Below the pieces are notes generated by a model. It did no database searches, was not told where the DNA came from, and saw only the letters and a program-made list of their open reading frames with translations. Below, one piece after another: positions 27,101 to 42,999 of a stretch of 64,000 bases of DNA. Each line of letters starts with the position of its first letter. Positions within the stretch are counted from its first letter, which is position 1. The position numbers and the translations under genes are program-made. Source of the DNA: Haplodiscus bocki. Lineage: Eukaryota. The DNA is taken from positions 161,882,001 to 161,946,000 of the forward strand of contig OZ296648.1 of assembly GCA_965655095.1 (NCBI GenBank), given 5' to 3'.

Positions 27101-30100
27101 GTTGCTAATCATTCTAATCATTACAAATCTAAAACCTTGAATCGAGTTCCAACATGAAAAGTTGGAATTGCTTCAAACTTCCTCAATCTTTTTCGGTTTT
27201 ATCTTTTCCCCGATAATTCTCACTGTCGCAAATGAACCGGTGTGATACATCTTCTCAGACGAATTTTTACCAGTGCTAAACACAAGTTTGAACCCAGTTC
27301 GCTTATTTGAAGCTTACAAACTTACAAACTAAAACGTTTGTCAAATTTTTGCTGCTTTTTCAATTTTTCAAATAATGTCAAAGTGCCGAAAGATCCGAAC
27401 TTGCTAGAGTGTGACAGGCTTTTCACCAGAGTTTCTCAACACCAGCAAAAATGAAAGCACTGACACAAGTTCCAAGTGTTTCATCTTTCACTGTCTTACT
27501 TGACTGTCACTTTTTGACAAACACTGTTTCTCGGTTCTCGCGTTGCCAATGATGAGGAAACGTTACAAATTGGCACAGTTTCCACTAAATTTGCCAAACA
27601 TCAGCTTTAATCTTAAGTATCAAAAAAAGTTTCGTTGAAAAAATTGTATCTGTTTTCATGGTTTTCATCATGGTTGACTGCGCCGAAAGTCGTTGGAAGG
27701 CATTCACTTTACAGATTTGTCGACCGAGGATCTGATGAGCAGCTACAATAAAATCTAGGAATCGAGATCATGACGTTTGAAAAAAACAAGTTTTGGCAGT
27801 CTTTCTCAAGGGTTACTTTGTCGGAAATATTCAGACAATTTACAGGCTGCCGACAAAGTCGGGAACTTTGGAGTTGTTAAGGTGGGACATTAAAATTCCA
27901 ATCAACAGCAAAAATAAATTTTTCACAAAATGTTCAGGTAAAAACTTCAAACTGCATTAGACTTTCAGACTCTCTCAACAGTTTGTTATGTGCTTTCTGC
28001 CCCTGTATGTCTCAAATCTGAAATAGTCGAAGAGGCCAGAAACCTAATTCTTTCTGGAAATTAAATACAATATACAATTATAACCAGTATTAAACTCTAT
28101 GAAACAAGTTCGTAACAAGGATACTTTCGAATTGAATTAGAACTTCTGAAACTTCGGCTGTTTTTTCAAGTCCTCCTCAGATCTCATTATAACAGTTATT
28201 TAGATTTTGAAGTGTAGCTTCCAAGGACCGGTGATAATAATTCAATCCAATCAAATTCGTTGAGTTTAACTATTCAATCGATCACAATCTTTTGAATTTT
28301 TTTGGCAAAGGTATTTTGTCCATGGAACCTCAGAGTACCGAAAATGCTGGAATTCTTAGGGTTTCTCACAGATTCTACCAGAAAGGACATTTCACTCCAA
28401 ACTTCAGTCGCTCAAATATACTGTACGTTGAAAGACTTGTGAAGGTCCTCAAAGGTTTTTCCAAGGCTCATAGTGGCGATATTTCCAAAAGTATGGTGGT
28501 TTGAGTGGATTGTAGTATATGTTACTGATGAGTTGATTGTTTTTCCTTGAAATAAAAACTGCATTTTTAAATTGTCAGATCGTTCCAACTTCTCGTGTTT
28601 TTAAATTGCTGAAGTTTTTCAAATGGAATCCAGAGCGCGGAAAGTGTCAGGGATTTTAAAGCTTCTCAGAAATTTTAAAGTTGCTAATCATTCTTATCAT
28701 TACAAATTTAAAACCTTGAATCGAGTTCCAACATGAAAAGTTGGAATTGCTTCAAACTTCCTCAATCTTTTTCGGTTTTATCTTTTCCCCGATAATTCCC
28801 ACTGTCGCAAATGAACCGGTGTGATACATCTTCTCAGACGAATTTTTACCAGTGCTAAACACAAGTTTGAACCCAGTTCGCTTATTTGAAGCTTACAAAC
28901 TTACAAACTAAAACGTTTGTCAATTTTTTGCTGCTTTTTCATATTTTCAAAAAATGTCAAAGTGCCGAAAGATCCGAACTTGCTAGAGTGTGACAGGCTT
29001 TTCACCAGAGTTTCTCAACACCAGCAAAAATGAAAGCACTGACACAAGTTCCAAGTGTTTCATCTTTCACTGTCTTACTTGACTGTCATTTTTTGACAAA
29101 CACTTTTTGTTTTTCGGTTCCCGCGTTGCCAATGATGAGGAAACGTTACAAATTGGCACAGTTTCCACTAAATTTGCCAAACATCAGCTTTAATCTTAGA
29201 TATCAAAAAAAGTTTCGTTGAAAAAATTGTATCTGTTTTCATGGTTTTCATCATGGTTGACTGCGCCGAAAGTCGTTGGAAGGCATTCACTTTACAGATT
29301 TGTCGACCGAGGATCTGATGAGCAGCTACAATATAATCTAGGAATCGAGATCATGACGTTTGAAAAAAACAAGTTTTGGCAGTCTTTCTCAAGGGTTACT
29401 TTGTCGGAAATATTCAGACAATTTACAGGCTGCCGACAAAGTCGGGAACTTTGGAGTTGTTAAGGTGGGACAGTAAAATTCCAATTAACAGAAAAAATAA
29501 ACTTTTCAAAAAGTGTTCAGGTAAAAACTTCAAACTGCATTAGACTTTCAGACTCTCTCAACAGTTTGTTATGTGCTTTCTGCCCCTGTAGGTCTCAAAT
29601 CTGAAATAGTCGAAGAGGCCAGAAACCTAACTCTTTCTGGAAATTAAATACAATATACAATTATAACCAGTATTAAACTCTATGAAACAAGTTCGTAACA
29701 AGGATACTTTCGAATTGAATTAGAACTCTGAAACTTCGGCTGTTTTTTCAAGTCCTCCTCAGATCTCATTATAACAGTTATTTAGATTTTGAAGTGTAGC
29801 TTCCAAGGACCGGTGACAATAATTCAATCCAATCAAATTCGTTTAGTTTAACTATTCAATCGATCACAATCTTTTGAATTTTTTTGGCAAAGGTATTTTG
29901 TCCATGGAACCTCAGAGTACCGAAAATGCTGGAATTCTTAGGGTTTCTCACAGATTCTACCAGAAAGGTCATTTCACTCCAAACTTCAGTCGCTCAAATA
30001 TACTGTACGTTGAAAGACTTGTGAAGGTCCTCAAAGGTTTTTCCAAGGCTCATAGTGGCGATATATCCAAAAGTATGGTGGTTTGAGTGGATTGTGGTAT

Positions 30101-33100
30101 ATGTTACTGATGAGTTGATTGTTTTTCCTTGAAATAAAAACCGCATTTTTAAATTGTCAGATCGTTCCAACTTCTCGTGTTTTTAAATTGCTGAAGTTTT
30201 TCAAATGGAATCCAGAGCGCGGAAAGTGTCAGGGATTTTAGAGCTTCTCAGAAATTTTAAAGTTGCTAATCATTCTTATCATTACAAATTTAAAACCTTG
30301 AATCGAGTTCCAACATGAAAAGTTGGAATTGCTTCAAACTTCCTCAATCTTTTTCGGTTTTATCTTTTCCCCGATAATTCCCACTGTCGCAAATGAACCG
30401 GTGTGATACATCTTCTCAGACGAATTTTTACCAGTGCTAAACACAAGTTTGAACCCAGTTCGCTTATTTGAAGCTTACAAACTTACAAACTAAAATGTTT
30501 GTCATTTTTTTGCTGCTTTTTCATATTTTCAAAAAATGTCAAAGTGCCGAAAGATCCGAACTTGCTAGAGTGTGACAGGCTTTTCACCAGAGTTTCTCAA
30601 CACCAGCAAAAATGAAAGCACTGACACAAGTTCCAAGTGTTTCATCTTTCACTGTCTTACTTGACTGTCATTTTTTGACAAACACTTTTTGTTTCTCGGT
30701 TCCCGCGTTGCCAATGATGAAGAAACGTTACAAATTTGCACAGTTCCCACTAAATTTGCCAAACATCAGCTTTAATCTTAAGTATTAAAAAAGTTCCTCG
30801 TTGAAAAAATTGTATCTGTTTTCATGGTTTTCATCTTGGTTGACTGCGCCGAAAGTCGTTGGAAGGCATTCACTTTACAGAAGATTTGTCGACCGAGGAT
30901 CCGATGAGCAGCTACAATAAAATCTAGGAATCGAGATCATGACGTTTGAAAAAACAGGTTTTGGCAGTCTTTCTCAATGGTTACTTTGTCGGAACTATTC
31001 AGACAATTTACAGGCTGCCGACAAAGTCGGGAACTTTGGAGTTGTTAAGGTGGGACAGTAAAATTCCAATTAACAGAAAAAATAAATTTTTCAAAAAATG
31101 TTCAGGTAAAAATTTCAAACTGCATTAGACTTTCAGACTTTCTCAACAGTTTGTTATGTGCTTTCTGCCACTGTAGGTCTAAAATCTGAAATAGTGGAAG
31201 AGGCCAGAAACCTAACTCTTTCTGGAAATTAAATACAATATACAATTATAACCAGTATTAAACTCTATGAAACAAGTTCGTAACAAGGATACTTTCGAAT
31301 TGAATTAGAACTTCTGAACCTTCGGCTGTTTTTTCAAGTCCTCCTCAGATCTCATTATAACAGTTATTTAGATTTTGAAGTGTAGCTTCCAAGGACCGGT
31401 GACAATAATTCAATCCAATCAAATTCGTTGAGTTTAACTATTCAATCGATCACAATCTTTTGAATTTTTTTGGCAAAGGTATTTTGTCCATGGAACCTCA
31501 GAGTACCGAAACTGTTGGAATTCTTAGGGTTTCTCACAGATTCTACCAGAAGGGACATTTCACTCCAAACTTCAGTCGCTCAAATATACTGTACGTTGAA
31601 GGACTTGTGAAGTTCCTCAAAGGTTTTTCCAAGGCTCATAGTGGCGATATTTCCAAAAATATGGTGGTTTGAATGGATTGTAGTATAGGTTACTGATGAG
31701 TTGATTGTTTTTCTTCGAAATAAAAACCGCATTTTTAAATTGTCAGATCGCTCCAATTTCTCGTGTTTTTAAATTGCTGAAGTTTATCAAATGGAATCCA
31801 GAGCGCGGAAAGTTTCAGGGATTTTGAAGCTTCTCAGAAATTATAAAGATGCTAATCATTGAAATCATTACAAATATAAAATCCTGAATCAAGTTCCAAC
31901 ATGAAAAGTTGGAATTGCTTCAAACTTCCTCAATCTTTTTCGGTTTTATCTTTTCCCCGATAATTCTCACTGTCGCAAATGAACCGGTGTGATACATCTT
32001 CTCAGACGAATTTTTACCAGTGCTAAACACAAGTTTGAACCCAGTTTGCTTATTTGAAGCTTACAAACTTACAAACTAAAACGTTTGTCAATTTTTTGCT
32101 GCTTTTTCAATTTTTCAAAAAATGTCAAAGCGCCGAAAGATCCGACCTTGCTAGAGTGTGACAGGGTTTTCACCAGAGTTTCTCAACACCAGCAAAAATG
32201 AAACCACTGACACAAGTTCCAAGTGTTCCATCTTTCACTGTCTTACTTGACTGTCATTTTTTGACAAACACTTTTTGCTTCTCGGTTCTCGCGTTGCCAA
32301 TGATGAGGAAACGTTACAAATTGGCACAGTTTCCACTAAATTTGCCAAACATCAGCTTTAATCTTAAGTATCAAACAAAGTTTCGTTGAAAAAAATGTAG
32401 CTGTTATCATGGTTTTCACCATGGCTGACTGCGCCGAAAGTTATTGGAAGGCATTCATTTCACAGAATTGTGAATCGAGGTTCTGATGAGCAGCTACAAT
32501 AAAATCTAGGAATCGAGATCATGACGTTTGAAAAAACAGGTTTTGGCAGTCTTTCTCAATGGTTACTTTGTCGGAACTATTCAGACAATTTAGAGGCTGC
32601 CGACAAAGTCGGGAACTTTGGAGTTGTTAAGGTGGGACATTAAAATTCCAATCAACAGAAAAAGTAAATTTTTCAAAATATGTTCAGGTAAAAATTTCAA
32701 ACTGCATTAGACTTTCAGACTTTCTCAACAGTTTGTTGTGTGCTTTCTGCCCCTGTAGGTCTCAAATCTGAAATAGTCGAAGAGGCCAGAAACCTAACTC
32801 TTTCTGAAAATTAAATACAATATACAAATATAACCGGTATTAAACTCTATGAAACAAGTTCGTAACAAGGATACTTTCGACTTGAATTAGAACTTCTGAG
32901 ACTTCGGCTGTTTTTTCAAGTCCTCCCCAGATCTCATTATAACAGTTATTTAGATTTTGCAGTGTAGATACCAAGGACCGGTGATAATAATTCAATCCAA
33001 TCAAATTCGTTGAGTTTAACTATTCAATCGATCACAATCTTTTGAATTTTTTTGGCAAAGGTTTTTTGTCCGTGGAACCTTAGAGTACAGAAAATGCTGG

Positions 33101-36100
33101 AATTCTTAGTGTTTCTCATAGATTCTACCAGAAGGGACATTTCACTCCAAACTTCAGTCGCTCAAATATACTGTACGTTGAAGGACTTGTGAAGGTCCTC
33201 AAAGGTTTTTCCAAGGCTCATAGTGGCGATATTTCCAAAAATATGGTGGTTTGAATGGATTGTAGTATAGGTTACTGATGAGTTGATTGTTTTTCTTCGA
33301 AGTAAAAACCGCTGTTTTAAATTGTCAGATCGCTCCAATTTCTCGTGTTTTTAAATTGCTGAAGTTTTTCAAATGGAATCCAGAGCGCGGAAAGTGTCAG
33401 GGATTTTAATGCTTTTCAGAAATTATAAAGATGCTAATCATTGTAATCATTACAAATATACAACTTTGAATCAAGTTCCAACATGAAGAGTTGGAATTGC
33501 TTCAAACTTCCTCAATCTTTTTCGGTTTTATCTTTTCCCCGATAATTCTCACTGTCGCAAATGAACCGGTGTGATACATCTTCTCAGACGAATTTTTACC
33601 AGTGCTAAACATAAGTTTGAATCCAGTTCGCCTATTTGAAGCTTACAAACTTACAAACTAAAACTTTTGTCAATTGTTTGCTGCTTTTTCAATTTTACAA
33701 AAAATGTCAAAAGGCCGAAAGATCCGAACTTGCTAGAGTGTGACAGGGTTTTCACCAGAGTTTCTCAACACCTGCAAAAATGAAACCACCGACACAAGTT
33801 CCAAGTGTTTCATGTTTCACTGTCTTACTTGACTGTCATTTTTTGACAAACACTTTTTGTTTCTCGGTTCTGGCGTTGCCAATGATGAGGAAACGTTACA
33901 AATTGGCACAGTTTCCACTAAATTTGCCAAACATCAGCTTTAATCTTAAGTATCAAAAAAAGTTTCGTTGAAAAAATTGTAGCTGTTATCATGGTTTTCA
34001 TCATGGCTGATTGCGGCAAAAGTTATTGGAAGGCATTCATTTCACAGAATTGTGAATCGAGGTTCTGATGAGCAGCTACAATAAAATCTAGGAATCGAGA
34101 TCATGACGTTTGAAAAAACAGGTTTTGGCAGTCTTTCTCAATGGTTACTTTGTCGGAACTATTCAGACAATTTAGAGGCTGCCGACAAAGTCGGGAACTT
34201 TGGAGTTGTTAAGGTGGGACATTAAAATTCCAATCAACAGAAAAAGTAAATTTTTCAAAATATGTTCAGGTAAAAATTTCAAACTGCATTAGACTTTCAG
34301 ACTTTCTCAACAGTTTGTTGTGTGCTTTCTGCCCCTGTAGGTCTCAAATCTGAAATAGTCGAAGAGGCCAGAAACCTAACTCTTTCTGGAAATTAAATAC
34401 AATATACAAATATAACCGGTATTAAACTCTATGAAACAAGTTCGTAACAAGGATACTTTCGACTTGAATTAGAACTTCTGAGACTTCGGCTGTTTTTTCA
34501 AGTCCTCCCCAGATCTCATTATAACAGTTATTTAGATTTTGCAGTGTAGATTCCAAGGACCGGTGATAATAATTCAATCCAATCAAATTCGTTGATTTTA
34601 ACTATTCAATGGATCACAATCTTTTGAATTTTTTTGGCAAAGGTTTTTTGTCCGTGGAACCTTAGAGTACAGAAAATGCTGGAATTCTTAGTGTTTCTCA
34701 TAGATTCTACCAGAAGGGACATTTCACTCCAAACTTCAGTCGCTCAAATATACTGTACGTTGAAGGACTTGTGAAGGTCCTCAAAGGTTTTTCCAAGGCT
34801 CATAGTGGCGATATTTCTAAAAATATGGTGGTTTGAATGGATTGTAGTATAGGTTACTGATGAGTTGATTGTTTTTCTTCGAAGTAAAAACCGCTGTTTT
34901 AAATTGTCAGATCGCTCCAATTTCTCGTGTTTTTAAATTGCTGAAGTTTTTCAAATGGAATCCAGAGCGCGGAAAGTGTCAGGGATTTTAATGCTTTTCA
35001 GAAATTATAAAGATGCTAATCATTGTAATCATTACAAATATACAACTTTGAATCAAGTTCCAACATGAAGAGTTGGAATTGCTTCAAACTTCCTCAATCT
35101 TTTTCGGTTTTATCTTTTCCCCGATAATTCTCACTGTCGCAAATGAACCGGTGTGATACATCTTCTCAGACGAATTTTTACCAGTGCTAAACATAAGTTT
35201 GAATCCAGTTCGCCTATTTGAAGCTTACAAACTTACAAACTAAAACTTTTGTCAATTTTTTGCTGCTTTTTCAATTTTACAAAAAATGTCAAAAGGCCGA
35301 AAGATCCGAACTTGCTAGAGTGTGACAGGGTTTTCACCAGAGTTTCTCAACACCAGCAAAAATGAAACCACCGACACAAGTTCCAAGTGTTTCATCTTTC
35401 ACTGTCTTACTTGACTGTCATTTTTTGACAAACACTTTTTGTTTCTCGGTTCTGGCGTTGCCAATGATGAGGAAACGTTACAAATTGGCACAGTTTCCAC
35501 TAAATTTGCCAAACATCAGCTTTAATCTTAAGTATCAAAAAAAGTTTCGTTGAAAAAATTGTAGCTGTTATCATGGTTTTCATCATGGCTGATTGCGGCA
35601 AAAGTTATTGGAAGGCATTCACTTTACAGATTTGCGGATCGAAGATCTGATGGGCAGCTACAATAAAATCTAGGAATCGAGATCATGACGTTTGAAAAAA
35701 CAGGTTTTGGCAGTCTTTCTCAATGGTTACTTTGTCGGAACTATTCAGACAATTTACAGGCTGCCGACAAGGTCGGGACCTTTGGAGTTGTTAAGGTGGG
35801 ACATTAAAATTCCAATCAACAGAAAAAGTAATTTTTTCAAAAAATGTTCAGGTAAAAATTCCAAACTGCATTAGACTTTCAGACTTTCTCAACAGTTTGT
35901 TGTGTGCTTTCCGCCCCCGTAGGTCTCAAGTCTGAAATAGTCGAAGAGGCCAGAAACCTAACTCTTTCTGGAAATTAAATACAATATACAAATATAACCA
36001 GTATTAAACTCTATGAAACAAGTTCGTATCAAGGATACTTTCGAATTGAATTAGAACTTCTGAAACTTCGGCTGTTTTTTCAAGTCCTCCTCAGATCTCA

Positions 36101-39100
36101 TTATAACAGTTCTTTAGATTTTGCAGTGTGGATTCCAAGGACCGGTGATAATAATTCAATCCAATCAAATTCGTTGAGTTTAACTATTCAATCGATCACA
36201 ATCTTTTGAATTTTTTTGGCAAAGGTATTTTGTCCACGGAACCTTAGAGTACAGAAACTGCTGGAATTCTTAGGGTTTCTCACAGATTCTATCAGAAGGG
36301 ACATTTCACTCCAAACTTCAGTCGCTCAATTATACTGTACGTTGAAAGACTTCTGAAGGTCCTCAAAGGTTTTTCGAAGGATCATAGTGGCGATATTTTC
36401 AAAAGTATGGTGGTTTGAGTGGATTGTAGTATAGGTTACTGATGAGCTGATTGTTTTTCTTCGAAATAAAAACCGCATCTTTAAATTGTCAGATCGCTCC
36501 AATTTCTCGTGTTTTTAAATTGCTGAAGTTTTTCAAATCGAATCCAGAGCGCGGAAAGTGTCAGGGATTTTAAAGCTTCTCAGAAATTATAAAGATGCTA
36601 ATCATTGTAATCATTACAAATATACAACTTTGAATCAAGTTCCAACATGAAGAGTTGGAATTGCTTCAAACTTCCTCAATCTTTTTCGGTTTTATCTTTT
36701 ACCCGATAATTCTCACTGTCGCAAATGAACCGGTGTGATACATCTTCTCAGACGAATTTTTACCAGTGCTAAACATAAGTTTGAATCCAGTTCGCCTATT
36801 TGAAGCTTAAAAACTTACAAACTAAAACTTTTGTCAATTTTTTGCTGCTTTTTCAATTTTACAAAAAATGTCAAAAGGCCGAAAGATCCGAACTTGCTAG
36901 AGTGTGACAGGGTTTTCACCAGAGTTTCTCAACACCAGCAAAAATGAAACCACCGACACAAGTTCCAAGTGTTTCATGTTTCACTGTCTTACTTGACTGT
37001 CATTTTTTGACAAACACTTTTTGTTTCTCGGTTCTGGCGTTGCCAATGATGAGGAAACGTTACAAATTGGCACAGTTTCCACTAAATTTGCCAAACATCA
37101 GCTTTAATCTTAAGTATCAAAAAAAGTTTCGTTGAAAAAATTGTAGCTGTTATCATGGTTTTCATCATGGCTGATTGCGGCAAAAGTTATTGGAAGGCAT
37201 TCACTTTACAGATTTGCGGATCGAAGATCTGATGGGCAGCTACAATAAAATCTAGGAATCGAGATCATGACGTTTGAAAAAACAGGTTTTGGCAGTCTTT
37301 CTCAATGGCTACTTTGTCGGAACTATTCAGACAATTTACAGGCTGCCGACAAGGTCGGGACCTTTGGAGTTGTTAAGGTGGGACATTAAAATTCCAATCA
37401 ACAGAAAAAGTAATTTTTCCAAAAAATGTTCAGGTAAAAATTTCAAACTGCATTAGACTTTCAGACTTTCTCAACAGTTTGTTGTGTGCTTTCCGCCCCC
37501 GTAGGTCTCAAGTCTGAAATAGTCGAAGAGGCCAGAAACCTAACTCTTTCTGGAAATTAAATACAATATACAAATATAACCAGTATTAAACTCTATGAAA
37601 CAAGTTCGTATCAAGGATACTTTCGAATTGAATTAGAACTTCTGAAACTTCGGCTGTTTTTTCAAGTCCTCCTCAGATCTCATTATAACAGTTATTTAGA
37701 TTTTGCAGTGTGGATTCCAAGGACCGGTGATAATAATTCAATCCAATCAAATTCGTTGAGTTTAACTATTCAATCGATCACAATCTTTTGAATTTTTTTG
37801 GCAAAGGTATTTTGTCCATGGAACCTTAGAGTACAGAAACTGCTGGAATTCTTAGGGTTTCTCACAGATTCTATCAGACGGGACATTTCACTCCAAACTT
37901 CAGTCGCTCAATTATACTGTACGTTGAAAAACTTCTGAAGGTCCTCAAAGGTTTTTCGAAGGATCATAGTGGCGATATTTCCAAAAGTATGGTGGTTTGA
38001 GTGGATTGTAGTATAGGTTACTGATGAGTTGATTGTTTTTCTTCGAAATAAAAACCGCATCTTTAAATTGTCAGATCGCTCCAATTTCTCGTGTTTTTAA
38101 ATTGCTGAAGTTTTTCAAATCGAATCCAGAGCGCGGAAAGTGTCAGGGATTTTAAAGCTTCTCAGAAATTATAAAGATGCTAATCATTGTAATCATTACT
38201 AATATAAAACCTTGAATCAAGTTTCAACATGAAAAGTTGGAATTGCTTCAAACTTCCTCAATCTTTTTCGGTTTTATCTTTTCCCCGATAATTCTCACTG
38301 TCGCAAATGAACCGGTGTGATACATCTTCTCAGACGAATTTATAAAAGTGCTAAACATAAGTTTGAATCCAGTTCGCTTCTTTGAAGCTTACAAACTTAC
38401 AAACTAAAACGTTTGTCAATTTTTTGCTGCTTTTTCAATTTTTCAAAAAATGTCAAAGTGCCGATAGATCCGAACTTGCTAGAATGTGACAGGGTTCTCA
38501 CCAGAGTTTCTCAACACCAGCAAAAACGAAACCTCTGACACAAGTTTCAAGTGTTTCATCTTTCACTGTCTTACTGGACTGTCATTTTTTGACAAACACT
38601 TTTTGTTTCTCGGTTCTCGCGTTGCCAATGATGAGGAAACGTTACAAATTTGCACAGTTTCCACTAAATTTTCCAAACATCAGCTTTACTCTTAAGTATC
38701 AAAAAAAGTTTCGTTGAAAAAATTGTAGCTGTTTTCATGGTTTTCATCATGGTTGACTGCGCCGAAAGTCGTTGGAAGGCATTCACTTTACAGATTTGTC
38801 GACCGAGGATCTGATGAGCAGGTACAATAAAATCTAGAAATCGAGATCATGACGTTTGAAAAAACAGGTTTTGGCAGTCTTTCTCAATGGTTACTTTGTC
38901 GGAACTATTCAGACAATTTACAGGCTGCCGACAAAGTCGGGAATTTTTGAGTTGTTAAGGTGGGACATTAAAATTCCAATCAACAGAAAAAGTAATTTTT
39001 TCAAAAAATGTTCAGGTAAAAATTTCAAACTGCATTAGACTTTCAGACTTTCTCAACAGTTTGTTGTGTACTTTCCGCCCCCGTAGGTCTCAAATCTGAA

Positions 39101-39200
39101 ATAGTCGAAGAGGCCAGAAACCTAACTCTTTCTGGAAATTAAATACAATATACAATTATAACCAGTATTAAACTCTATGAAACAATTTCGTAACAAGGGT
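27100..39200. repeat. Subfamily B2 block, period 1582-1586 bp (~7.7 units)
   Basis: Anchors at 27737, 29320, 30906, 32488, 34070, 35652, 37234, 38816; diagnostic CACTGTCGCAAATGAACCGGTGTG and duplicated CTTACAAACTTACAAA. Confidence 0.92.
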
Positions 39201-42200
39201 ATTTTTGAATTGAATTAGAACTTCTGAAAGTGTGGCTGTCGCTGTTTTTTCAAATCTGCCTCAGACCTGATTGTAACATTCTGTCAGATTTTGTAGTGGA
39301 GGTACCAGAGACTGGTGATTAACTTCATTCGAATCAAATTCGTTGAGTTTTACTACTCAATCGATCACAATCTTTTGAAGTTTTTTGGCAAAAGGATTTT
39401 GTTCATGGAACCTCACACTACCGAAACTGCGGGAAAACTTATAGTCCCTTTAGATTCTACCAAGAAGGTTATTTGACTCCAAATTTCATATTTTTGAAAA
39501 TGTGGTGGTTTGAGTGTATTGTAGTATAGGTTACTGATTAGTTGATTTGTTTTCCTTGAAATTAAAACCGCACGTTTAATTTGTCAGATTGTTCCAATTT
39601 CTTCTGAATTTAACTTGTTGAATTTTTTCAAATGAAATCCAAAGCGCGGGAAGTGTCAGGGACATTAAAGGTTCACAGAAATTAAAAAGATACTAATCAT
39701 TCCAACAAAAAAACCTTCAATCAAGTTTCAACATTTTTTTCGGAATTGCTTCAAACGTCCTCAATCTTTTTCGGTTTTATCTTTTCCCCAATATTTCTCA
39801 CGATCGCAAAATATCCGGTGAGATACATCTTCCCAGACGAGTTTTTACTAGTGCTAAACATAACTTTGAATCCAGTTCGCTAATTTGAAGCGCACAAACT
39901 AAAACAACGTTTGTCAAATTTTCGCTGCTCTTTCAATTTTTCAAAAAATGTCAAAGCGTCGAAAGATCCGAACTTGCTACAGTGTGCCGGGGTTTTCACA
40001 AGAGTTTCTCAACAGCAGCAAAAATGAAACCTCTGACACAAGTTGCAAGTGTTTCATCTTTCAATGTCTTACTTGACTGTCATTTTTTGACAAACACTTT
40101 TTGCCTCTCGGTTCTCGCGTTGCCAATGATGAGGAAACGTTACAAATTTGCACAGTTTCCACTGAATTTTCCAAACATCAGCTTTAGTGTTAAGTATCAG
40201 AAAAATTCTCCGTTGAAAAAATTGTAGCTGTTTTCATGGTTTTCATCTTGGCCGACTGCGCCGAATGTAGTTGTCGGCACTCACTTCACAAATTTTTGAA
40301 TCGAGGCTCTGATGAGCAACTAAAACAAATTCTAGGAATCGATATCATGACGCTTAAATGTACAGGTTGTAGCAGTCTTTCTCAATGCTTCCTTTGTCGG
40401 AATTTTTCAGACGAACTGCAGGGTGTCGACAAAGTCGGAGACTATGGAGTTGTTAAGGAGGGACATTAAAATTCCAATCAACAGAAAAAATAAAACTTTC
40501 AAAAAATGTTCAGGTGACAATTTCAAACTGCATTAGACTTTCTCAACAGGCTGTTGTGTGCTTTCTGCCCCAGTAAGTCTCAAATCTGAAATTGTCGAAA
40601 AGGCCAGAAACCTAACTTTTCTGGAAATTAAATACAATTTAAAAATATAACCAGTATTAAACTGTATGAAACAATTTCGTAACAAGGGTATTTTTGAATT
40701 GAATTAAAAACATTGTGTATAGAAAGACTTCCGAATAACCTGATAGGTTTTTTTCAAATTCACAATGCCGCTAGTTCTCAATAATGGTGGTTTCAGTGAA
40801 CTGTTATCCAAGTGACTAATGAGCTGCTTTTTTCGATTCCTTCAAATCAAAAACCACACTATTAAATGGTCAAATTGTTCCAATTTTTTGTGTTTTTAAA
40901 TTGTTGAAGTTTTTCAAAACAGATCCAAATTGCAGAAAGTGTCAGAAACTATAAAGTTTCTCAAAATTGAAGAAGATGCTAATCGTTACAAATAAAAAAA
41001 CCTTGAACCAAACTTTAACATGAAGATTGGGAATTGCTCCGAATTTTCTCAATCTTTTTCGGTTTTACTTTTTCCTCGATCAAGTCTCACGGTCCAAAAG
41101 GACCGCAAAAAAAACATCTTCTCAGAAGATTCTCTACAAGTTCTAAACATTAGTTTGAAACTAGTTTGCTTCATTGAAACTTACAAACTCCAACAACTTT
41201 TCTCAATTTTTCGCCGCCTTCTCAATTCTGCATAAAGTCTCAAAGTGCCGGAAGATCCGAAATTGTTAAAGCGTGACAGAAGTTTCATCCAATTTTCTCA
41301 ACACCAGCAGTAATGAAACCCCCAAAACAAGTTCCAAGCGTTTGAATTTTCTCTGTCTTACTTGACTTGCAGATTTTTGACAAGCAGTTTCTGCCTCTCG
41401 GTTCTCGCGATGCCGATAATGGGGAAACCTTACATTTTTGCACAGATTCCACGAAATTTGGCAGACATCAGCTTCACTCGTCAGTATCAAAGAATATCTT
41501 CGCTGAAATACTGGTAGCTGTTGTCGTTGGTTTCATTAGGGCTGACTGTTACGAAAGTTGGGGAAGGTACCGAATTCAAGTTTTTGTAAATCGAAGTTCT
41601 TCTGAGCAGCTACAGTAAAATCTAGGAATCGAGATCTTTACGTTTAAACGTTCAAGTTGTGGCGGTCTTTCTCAATGGTTACTTTGTCGGAACTTGTCAG
41701 ACGAACTGCAGGGTGTCGAAGAAAACTCAAACTTTAGAGTTGTTACTGAGCAACATTAAAATTCTTATCAACAGAGAGAACAAAATTTTCAAAAATTGTT
41801 CATGTGACAATTTCAAACTGCTTTCGGTTTTCTCAAGTGGTTTCTGTGTTCATTTCCCCCATTAGGCCTGTAATCCGAAAATCTGGTTAATGGCGCAAAT
41901 CCAACCTTTTCTGAAAGTTAAAAACAAGTTACAAATATAATCAGTAGTAAATTCTACAGAACAAGTTCATAACAAGCATGTTTTAAAAAAGAAACAGAAT
42001 TTCTGAAAACTTGGAAGTTTTTGCAAATCTGTCTCAGATATCATTGTACCTTTTTCTAGATTTTGCAGTGGAGATTCTAGTGACTGGTGATATTTACTCG
42101 GTCCAATGAAATTAGTTGGGTTCAATTATTATATCTAATACAATCTTCTGAAATTATCTGGCGAAAAGATTTTGTCCGTGGAACTTCACAGCACCGAAAC

Positions 42201-42999
42201 TGCCGGAATTTTTATAGTTCCTTATACATACTCAAAAGGGACATTTCACTCCAAAATTCAGCCATACAAAAATACTGTACATTGAAAGACTTGTGAAGGT
42301 TGAAGTTTACAAACAAAAACATTTTCCAATTTTTTTTTGTTTTTTCAACTATTCATAAATTCCCAAAGCGACAAATCTTCCGAATTTGTTAGAGCGTGTC
42401 AAAGGCTTCACTAGAGTTTCTCAAAACCAGCAGTAACCATCAATTTTAAAACCTCTGAATCAAGTTACAAGCGTTTTAACTTTCAAAGAGTACCTTGAAT
42501 TTCCTTTTTGATGGACAACACATTTTGCCCATCCAGTCTCGCTGAAACATACAAATCAAAATAGTTTTTCTATTTTTGCTGTTTTTCAACTCCTCATTAT
42601 CCCTCAGAGTGCTGAGAGTTCCGAATGAGTTAGAGTGGGTGAAAAACTTAACCAGATTTTGTCAAGACCAGCAACAATGAAACTTCTGAATGACTTTCCA
42701 AGCGTTCGCAATTTCAATGGCTAACTTGAATTCTGTTTTTTGCCAGGCACTTTTTGATCAACGTGTCTCGCGATGCCGAAAAAGGAGGAAACGCTACAAG
42801 TTGCACAGATTCCACTGCATGTTAGAACTATCAGCTTTAGCCACCTGTATCAAAAAGTCTCTTCGCTGAAGAACTTTTAAATGTTTTCTTTGTTCTCAGC
42901 AAGGCTGACTGTGCCAAAAACTGGGGAAAGATTTTGAATTTAATGATTCGTGAATCGAATATCTGATGAGCACCTTCATTTAAATCTAGGAAACGGGAT